64,000 nt of DNA, taken from a virus (Duplodnaviria > Caudoviricetes). Below the pieces are notes generated by a model that was not told where the DNA came from, made no database searches, and saw only the letters and a list, made by a program, of their open reading frames with translations. Positions 57,925-64,000 of this stretch are shown here, piece by piece. A program made the translations under genes and the position numbers. The stretch lies in the IMG/VR virus record IMGVR_UViG_3300015214_000001, positions 32,001 through 96,000 of that record; one strand, written 5' to 3'. Position 1 is the stretch's first letter; the number at the start of each line of letters is the position of its first letter.

Positions 57925-58938
57925 TTGACAACCCATTTAGCAGAGAGTGATAGCAATACCGTTGAGATCGTAGGCTTACATAAGCACTACGATGATTATT
58001 TAGCCACAGAAAATCTACATGAAGCTGTCATCAACGATATTAGTGAAACAATCCGTATTCGTCGGAATAACCATCGACATAATGTGGTGCTTAGTTTACG
58101 TGCAGGAAAGCTACTACTGGAAGTAATTAAACCGACTATTGAACATGGTCATTGGCAAAATTGGATTGTCGAAAACGCAACGCGAATTGGCTATGATTCT
58201 ATCGGCAATGACCCAGTTCGCCTTGCTCAAGGTGATATGCAATTATGGAAAACGTGGAAGGAACACATTCCACGCTTAATCGAGATTGGAGCAATAAGCC
58301 CTATGCTCGACAGCAGTAACCCTCAGTTAGAGGAACAACTTGTGCAATCTATGAATGATGAACACATCAATATCTCATTAGCTGCTATGCAGACATTTGT
58401 TTCTAAGAATGTGCCAGAGGTTGCCATTGACCGAGCAATCATTGAACTTGTTGAAACAAAGAAATTAACCTCAGAAGATGCTAAACGGATCGTAGCGGCA
58501 TCAACAGCAATTGAGAACCTACCTGATGATATGAAATCCATCGGACAAACCCTTTACGATAAAGGGTTGAGAAATGCCGATATTATCAAGCGTTTACCCG
58601 ATATGATTAGTGAGCATGAAGAAGTTGTAGAAGAAATGATCTTGTCAGGACACCTTCATGTGCCAGGAGTAGGTAATGGAGAAGGGCAACAAATACCCAT
58701 CAGAGATATATCAACAACTGATGTTGATATTGTAACAAATCGCGCTGATATTGAGCAAGAGTTAACAATTATACAGGAAACACGATCAAGTCTTGATGCT
58801 CAAAAAGACCGCAAGCAAAACTTCACATACTTGGAATCGTTTCAAGGAACAAAAGAACAGATTATTCATCAGCTTAATCAACTGATGGCAACTAATCCTG
58901 ATGCTATTTATGAGGTTTCTGCTTTTATTAAAAAGTAG
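57925..58938 (+). CDS. DUF3102-like protein
   Basis: LRAGKLLLEVIK...HGHWQNWI...A...MQL pattern; aggag RBS, TTG start. Confidence 0.55.
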   Translation: MTTHLAESDSNTVEIVGLHKHYDDYLATENLHEAVINDISETIRIRRNNHRHNVVLSLRAGKLLLEVIKPTIEHGHWQNWIVENATRIGYDSIGNDPVRLAQGDMQLWKTWKEHIPRLIEIGAISPMLDSSNPQLEEQLVQSMNDEHINISLAAMQTFVSKNVPEVAIDRAIIELVETKKLTSEDAKRIVAASTAIENLPDDMKSIGQTLYDKGLRNADIIKRLPDMISEHEEVVEEMILSGHLHVPGVGNGEGQQIPIRDISTTDVDIVTNRADIEQELTIIQETRSSLDAQKDRKQNFTYLESFQGTKEQIIHQLNQLMATNPDAIYEVSAFIKK

Positions 58939-59025
58939 GCGCTTAAATCCGTTAGATAGATGCGAAAACCGCCCTCAGGGTGTGTTATAATTTGTCCATG
59001 ATAACTATCGCTTAGTGAGGTCAAT

Positions 59026-59619
59026 ATGAGTTATAAATACACATTCCCTAATTCACGAACAATCAAGGCGTTATTGTCCCGAGTATCTGAGTATGATGGG
59101 TTAAAACCACATTATTTAGAGTTTGGGAATACCTATGGGCGGCGTGAAGTTAGATCGCCCGAAGATTTTCTTGAAATTTGGTATGATTTTGTTTCACGTG
59201 TGGATGATGCTGATGGGCGTAAGTTATTAATCGCCAATGTTCACTCATATATCGGTTATCTGGTTAAGTCATATAACCCATTTTTCTACGCTCAGATAAT
59301 ATCTCTCTATGTAGAGCCTGATATTAATGTTTTGGTGACGAATGATGAGGCTCAAGTTGAGCTTGAATTGCCGACAGATGAACAGCCGATTGCCGATCCG
59401 TTAGACGACATTGAGAATGAAACAGAAGTTGATGTAGATAGTAGCAGTGAACAAAGCGATGAAAGTGTAAATGTTGATATATCGCTAGATGAAATTAACA
59501 ATGCGACAGTTAATAAGCTCAAAGAGATTGCCACTGAATATGGCATTGATTTAGAAGGAAAATCTAAAAAAGATGACATTAAATTATCAATCGTTGAGTT
59601 TTTCGGTTTTTCTTCATAA
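59026..59619 (+). CDS. protein with C-terminal Rho-N/HeH-like domain
   Basis: INNATVNKLKEIATEYGIDLEGKSKKDDIK after an acidic linker. Confidence 0.65.
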   Translation: MSYKYTFPNSRTIKALLSRVSEYDGLKPHYLEFGNTYGRREVRSPEDFLEIWYDFVSRVDDADGRKLLIANVHSYIGYLVKSYNPFFYAQIISLYVEPDINVLVTNDEAQVELELPTDEQPIADPLDDIENETEVDVDSSSEQSDESVNVDISLDEINNATVNKLKEIATEYGIDLEGKSKKDDIKLSIVEFFGFSS

Positions 59620-59626
59620 TTAGGGG

Positions 59627-59654
59627 TTGCATTATAAAGCGCCTTGTGTATAAT
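59627..59654 (+). promoter_or_regulatory. promoter of the tRNA/ncRNA cluster
   Basis: TTGCAT-16-TATAAT. Confidence 0.6.
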
Positions 59655-59795
59655 GTTAATTATGAAGTGTGATGATGTTCTACGCACGAGAGAGTAGATA
59701 GTTACACTTCATGAAAGCTAATGGGCTTACTTCTTTATCATGTTTAGTTGTTTTTTAAGTTGCACTATACCGTAACATACAGTGCAACTTAAAAA

Positions 59796-59867
59796 GTCCT
59801 TGTAGCTCAGTGGATAGAGCAGTAGTTTCCTAAACTATGAGCGCAGGTTCGAGTCCTGCCAAGGGCA
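59796..59867 (+). tRNA. tRNA-Arg(CCT)
   Basis: cloverleaf; GTAGT-TTCCTAA-ACTAT anticodon arm; GCAGG-TTCGAGT-CCTGC; CCA not encoded. Confidence 0.9.
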
Positions 59868-59990
59868 TAGGGTTCATCCCCTAGAAAATGGAAACTTTTC
59901 ATTTTCTCCTTGTGTTGGGGTGGTTGGTTTTGATCTGGACAGTCTTTCGCCAGCCACCCCTTTTAAAACACAATTTTAACAAAACCATAC

Positions 59991-60063
59991 GGGCCTATAG
60001 CTTAATGGTCAAAGCCGCGACCTCATAAGTCGTTGAGTCTAGGTTCGAATCCTAGTGGGCCCA
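59991..60063 (+). tRNA. tRNA with CAT anticodon, most likely Ile2 (lysidine), otherwise elongator Met
   Basis: GGGCCTA/TGGGCCC acceptor, GCGAC-CTCATAA-GTCGT; G1-C72 paired and no GGG/CCC anticodon stem, so not an initiator. Confidence 0.85.
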
Positions 60064-60068
60064 CATAT

Positions 60069-60141
60069 ACCCTCATAGTTCAGCGGAAAGAACAATAGCC
60101 TTCTAAGCTATGTGTCGCAGGTTCGAGTCCTGCTGAGGGTA
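60069..60141 (+). tRNA. tRNA-Arg(TCT)
   Basis: ACCCTCA/TGAGGGT acceptor; ATAGC-CTTCTAA-GCTAT; GCAGG-TTCGAGT-CCTGC. Confidence 0.9.
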
Positions 60142-60144
60142 CTT

Positions 60145-60210
60145 AGAGAAGTGGTGGTCTTATTGCTAGTGGATACTAGTGGTAAAACGGTTCAACTCCG
60201 TTGCTTCTCT
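60145..60210 (+). ncRNA. D-armless tRNA-like RNA without anticodon loop
   Basis: AGAGAAGT/GCTTCTCT acceptor-like stem; TTATTGCTAGT-GGAT-ACTAGTGGTAA hairpin; AACGG-TTCAACT-CCGTT T-arm. Confidence 0.65.
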
Positions 60211-60214
60211 CAAT

Positions 60215-60545
60215 GGCGGATGTGCGAGGCATTTTCGTCAGTCCTGCGAATGGTGTATAGCAGGTACGTTTAGATGTGACTTGGGCAGGATTTACTGCAC
60301 CTAATAAAGCCATTCACACATCTGAATTAGCAAGAGAGAAATGGCGAGTCCTCCTAACACCAATAGGGGGCAAATATATGTTTTGGGGTTGTGACCAGAC
60401 ACACGTATTGCCTATCGTGGCATCAGGTAGCAATAACGTATAAATAGGTGCAAGTCTTAGCCTTTTGGAGCGCCAACTGTGCTGGCTGTGAAGAAGAAGG
60501 GCTTTTATAGGCGGGGCGCATCTGAATAGCACAGAGCGCCCTTTT
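60215..60545 (+). ncRNA. candidate large structured ncRNA (about 330 nt)
   Basis: GC-richer segment without a plus-strand ORF; several long-range helices and apparent pseudoknots (see findings). Confidence 0.6.
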
Positions 60546-60579
60546 TAAATTAAAATTCATGTTTATGAGGTAAAAATAG

Positions 60580-61344
60580 ATGGCTGTCAATTGGTCACAG
60601 ATGTTTATAGATGAAAATGGCAATATTGTAACGTTATCATATAACGACATATATAGTGTAGATGACGAGAAGTGGTTAGACAAAAAGACTATCCAAGATT
60701 TTCTGAATGATCTCGCGGGATACTATGAGCTAGTGCCATATACCGCGAAAAGCGTAGTGGGGGGGGTAGAATCTGAAAAGACAAGTGAGCCAACCCCTCT
60801 CAGTAATGGCGTTGCTGATTATGAATTTGAAGCAATTGCACGCTTAGAGGTGGCAGAGAAAGATGATGGTGTAGATACAGGTAATACTGTTCCTGCCATC
60901 GCCCTCTATCCTCCGATGAATAAAGAAGGTACGTTTGGTGTACACCCCAGTATGAAAATCTACCTTAACGAAGGCCTCAATGACCCTATTATTCCAGCGA
61001 TTGATAAGTGGTTAGCGCCTTATGGTTTGTCGTTTGCAAAATTGCCGATGCCAAACACAACAACGGTAAACCCACGCAAACCAGGTGTTAAGAATAACAC
61101 GCACGTCTACTTTGAAGATCACGCCAAGTCTGAAACGTTTAACAATCTGAAAGCGTGGGAAAAAAGACCAGCCTTGCGAGTCGGTTATTACTGGAAGAAA
61201 AATAAGGATGGGACTAAGAAATATGCCACACCTTATTTTAAATTGGATGAGGTTCATTTCTATACCTTAGACGAGATTAATAAGAAGCGCGAAAGTAGGT
61301 CTTTTCAGTACCCACCACGTCCGATTGACATCGTAGGTGATTAG
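60580..61344 (+). CDS. hypothetical protein, in frame across G8 tract 60759-60766
   Basis: 254-aa ORF, gaggt RBS, terminator at 61348-61372. Confidence 0.75.
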   Translation: MAVNWSQMFIDENGNIVTLSYNDIYSVDDEKWLDKKTIQDFLNDLAGYYELVPYTAKSVVGGVESEKTSEPTPLSNGVADYEFEAIARLEVAEKDDGVDTGNTVPAIALYPPMNKEGTFGVHPSMKIYLNEGLNDPIIPAIDKWLAPYGLSFAKLPMPNTTTVNPRKPGVKNNTHVYFEDHAKSETFNNLKAWEKRPALRVGYYWKKNKDGTKKYATPYFKLDEVHFYTLDEINKKRESRSFQYPPRPIDIVGD

Positions 61345-61462
61345 GTGAAAGAGGGGAAATTCCCCTCTTTTTGTTCCATTTTGAACCTTGCTATGCTATG
61401 AGTATTTGGTAATATTGCAAAATATGTTACACAAATATTCGGATAAGCAAAAGGGATTGAAA

Positions 61463-61891
61463 ATGGAAAATAATTTAAATATCGCAGGGTATGAGTTGTC
61501 GAAAATTCTTACTTTTAATGATCTGGAAGTTCTGATCGGCAGAAAAGTGGCATGGTTTGGAACGCGGTTTATATATGATGGGCCACAAGAGACAAAAAAA
61601 GTAAGAGATTTTAATGGTCGCCAATATGCTATTGTGAATAACCCTACTGGTCGTTGGAACAATGTAGCAGAGCGCTTGTTTATTGGTGAATTGTCTCGAT
61701 TAGTTTATCGTGGCAAACAAAGTGTTAATGATGGTGTAAAGTACGGGTATGCTATGGTTGATGCGAGAGCGTACAAGTATGTAAAAAATGAGTGGTTAGC
61801 AGAAGATACAGACTATCGACAAGCCACGACAGCTATTACTCTTGATGATTTTCATGCACGTATGCCATACGTCGTCACATCTACTAGATAA
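61463..61891 (+). CDS. hypothetical protein
   Basis: probable start MENNL with aaggga RBS. Confidence 0.65.
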   Translation: MENNLNIAGYELSKILTFNDLEVLIGRKVAWFGTRFIYDGPQETKKVRDFNGRQYAIVNNPTGRWNNVAERLFIGELSRLVYRGKQSVNDGVKYGYAMVDARAYKYVKNEWLAEDTDYRQATTAITLDDFHARMPYVVTSTR

Positions 61892-61946
61892 ATAATGTGT
61901 AGTGCCTTGTATAATAGTCATATAGCGATTATCGGAGGCAAACTAC

Positions 61947-62822
61947 ATGAGCAATAAAGTCTGGTTAAATGGTCTAGGGCGATGGGATGAGCGTGTTAAC
62001 AAGCGTGAACAACCTAGCACATCGTCAATGATCGTGGGTACTGTAAATGGGGCTGGTGAACTAGCTATATATATAAGAAGTCAGCCCCATTCGGATGGAA
62101 TTTGGCACAATTTTCAAGGTCAAGATGGAAAATATTACTGGATTAGAAATGATGTGATTAGTATGGTGAACTTAAGTAGCAGTGATGCTATTAGCGTTAA
62201 GCCGATAACTTATCACTCACAGAATGACGCAAATAGCAATTTATCTCCAAATGATTGCGGGCCAGCTTGTTCAGTGATGATGCTCAGTCATGGTAAAATC
62301 ACTACAACCGTTAATGAATTTATGAGAGTTGCTGGCATCAACCATACAAACTATACGTCTTTTGCTGAAAACATGCGAGGGATTTCACGATATGGTTTGA
62401 CTTCAACAGTAAGGCAGGGCATCCATTTAAGCCACATATTAGAATATATCATCAATAACAAACATCCCGTCTTTTCTTTGATTTATATTAATCCTCTTAG
62501 ACCAAACGAGTATTATTCTCATTTTGTTGTCGTATCTGGTTATAAGTTAAGCGGGTGGAACTTACAAATAGAGATACAAGACCCAAACATTAGAGATGGG
62601 CATAATAAATTATATTCAGCAAATGCTTTTGCAGAAGCATTGGGGCAAAAAGGATCGAGCAGCAATTACCCGTGGCAGTCATTATTTATATTAGATTATC
62701 CAGAGAATAATGAGAATGACGGGAATTGCGATCCCGACATCATTAAAAAATCAATAGCTCGACTAGAAACTATCATTAATGAAGCCAAAGCGACGCAGGA
62801 TGAATTGCGACGCATATTATAG
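61947..62822 (+). CDS. C39-like papain-fold peptidase with N-terminal SH3-like domain (possible cell-wall hydrolase)
   Basis: YHSQND...NDCGPACSVM (Gln/Cys), SHFVVVSGY (His), IQDP (Asp). Confidence 0.75.
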   Translation: MSNKVWLNGLGRWDERVNKREQPSTSSMIVGTVNGAGELAIYIRSQPHSDGIWHNFQGQDGKYYWIRNDVISMVNLSSSDAISVKPITYHSQNDANSNLSPNDCGPACSVMMLSHGKITTTVNEFMRVAGINHTNYTSFAENMRGISRYGLTSTVRQGIHLSHILEYIINNKHPVFSLIYINPLRPNEYYSHFVVVSGYKLSGWNLQIEIQDPNIRDGHNKLYSANAFAEALGQKGSSSNYPWQSLFILDYPENNENDGNCDPDIIKKSIARLETIINEAKATQDELRRIL

Positions 62823-62835
62823 AAAGATATATGAC

Positions 62836-63132
62836 ATGAAACAGCAAATTCTGTCTGATGACGCTCGTAATAAAATCCGCTTAATTATCAACGGACTTTC
62901 ACTCTTTGATGCAATTAAAGTCAATGGTAAAGAGTACGCTTTAGCCGAGTCAACTCAAGGCAAGGGGGTTATTATAGCTCAAGTTCTATATGTTTATAAA
63001 GACGGCGGCACAGACAAAGAGCCAATTTTAAGTGATGTAGACAATGGATTTTCCACATTGTTGATGTTAGCAAATACTATCACTGACTATGAGGTAGCAA
63101 TATTAGCCAACAATATTGGTTTGAATTCATAA
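62836..63132 (+). CDS. hypothetical protein
   Basis: probable start MKQQIL. Confidence 0.55.
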   Translation: MKQQILSDDARNKIRLIINGLSLFDAIKVNGKEYALAESTQGKGVIIAQVLYVYKDGGTDKEPILSDVDNGFSTLLMLANTITDYEVAILANNIGLNS

Positions 63133-63151
63133 TTCTAAATGGAGCAAAACT

Positions 63152-63868
63152 ATGACTTTATCAAATCTAATCAACGATAGAAACTATGTTGATGCCTTAA
63201 AGCAATATAGTGTTACTGACATTATTGGTTATATGCGTCAAGAGCTAGGGCGTGACGCGCAGTTATGGCATAGCCATGTGCTAGATGTTAAGTCTCAAAT
63301 TCAGGCGAATGAAGCAATTAAGCCGTTATGGGTTGGTATGCTTTCAGCCTTCACGCAAGTGGCTGAATATCATGTCATTGAATATGCAACTAAAGAAAGT
63401 CATCAAGCAATTGCTGAAAGTGATTATGGTACTGTCATAGCGGTAGCATTCGCTATTGATCGGTGTAAGTTCTTGCAACCTAAAGTAACCTATACGCAAT
63501 TTCTATGGTTGTTGCTTGATTTAATCCTTTCAGAAGCACGAAAGACTGGCGCGGATGCAGATTACCAAATGAAGTTAATTGCTGGCTTCTACGCTGAATT
63601 AGCAGGTGCTGATCTGAATGTTGCGAAAGACTTGCACCAAGCAGCGTTAGATGACAATAATTCTAGTGAAGTCGGGAAGTATGATTTGCAATGGCCTGGC
63701 TTCTCCACAATAGAAATTACCACTAAGCAAGAAGATTCAAGGCTAGTTACATCATTATCTGAATTTAAAGATAATGTATTGACTATTGTCGCTAACTTAA
63801 CTGAGCATTGGTTAAGTTTAACATCTGGTAAAGTTTCTTCTATTGAATTGAGTGAGGAGGAAGAATAG
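63152..63868 (+). CDS. hypothetical protein
   Basis: 238-aa ORF, ggag RBS. Confidence 0.7.
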   Translation: MTLSNLINDRNYVDALKQYSVTDIIGYMRQELGRDAQLWHSHVLDVKSQIQANEAIKPLWVGMLSAFTQVAEYHVIEYATKESHQAIAESDYGTVIAVAFAIDRCKFLQPKVTYTQFLWLLLDLILSEARKTGADADYQMKLIAGFYAELAGADLNVAKDLHQAALDDNNSSEVGKYDLQWPGFSTIEITTKQEDSRLVTSLSEFKDNVLTIVANLTEHWLSLTSGKVSSIELSEEEE

Positions 63869-64000
63869 TGTTAAACATTGATAGTTTTGCAAGTCAAATG
63901 ATTGGAGAGTTGGTAAAGGGTGGTATTGCTTGTGATCCCCACCCTCATTGGAGTTTATCTAATACCGATGCACAATATTTATTGAGGTGTAGTGGTGATT

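Noticed and set aside
60314-60683. Minus-strand ORFs over the large ncRNA candidate
   Set aside because: Short, antisense to the tRNA operon and without recognisable features.
60759-60772. gt-G8-TAGAAT inside ORF 60580..61344 as a fifth poly-G promoter
   Set aside because: It matches the tract and -10 but no -35 hexamer is present at the right distance; kept only as an in-frame coding tract.
1-64000. Alternative genetic code (stop-codon reassignment)
   Set aside because: Long conserved genes are intact in code 11 and all three stops are used as terminators; the broken genes are frameshifts, not in-frame stops.
1-64000. Integrase, transposase, intein or group I/II intron
   Set aside because: No such motifs recognised; nrdJ, the helicase and radA are uninterrupted.

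Overview
A 64-kb segment of a large, AT-rich (roughly 36-38% GC by eye) dsDNA bacteriophage. It covers the early/accessory and DNA-metabolism regions; no capsid, terminase, tail or integrase genes are visible. Recognisable genes include SSB, RecJ, a beta sliding clamp (dnaN), class II ribonucleotide reductase (nrdJ), ThyX, dUTPase, RadA/Sms, a primase-helicase, a putative replication initiator, several DNA methyltransferases, MazG-like, nucleotidyltransferase-like, AAA_21, ASCH, DUF5131, KTSC and C39-peptidase proteins, and three tRNAs (Arg-CCT, Ile2/Met-CAT, Arg-TCT). Most notable signals: (1) a dedicated promoter-to-hairpin unit at about 26.15-26.41 kb encoding two tandem 77-79 nt RNAs that look like the tRNA-like domain of tmRNA (G3-U70 acceptor stem, T-arm, no D-stem, no anticodon, no tag ORF, GNRA-capped hairpin); (2) twelve G8-G9 tracts, ten followed by TA, located in sigma70 promoter spacers and in methyltransferase, MazG, nucleotidyltransferase and putative DNA-modification genes. 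Five of these genes are frameshifted exactly at the tract, which suggests phage-wide phase variation, although homopolymer assembly error is not excluded; (3) a candidate programmed -1 frameshift at 55245; (4) a third tRNA-like RNA and a large, apparently pseudoknotted ncRNA after the tRNA cluster; (5) a 223-bp zinc-finger module duplicated from the primase-helicase; (6) a TGAAACA repeat cluster that may be the origin. All family calls come from motif recognition by eye; no database search was run.
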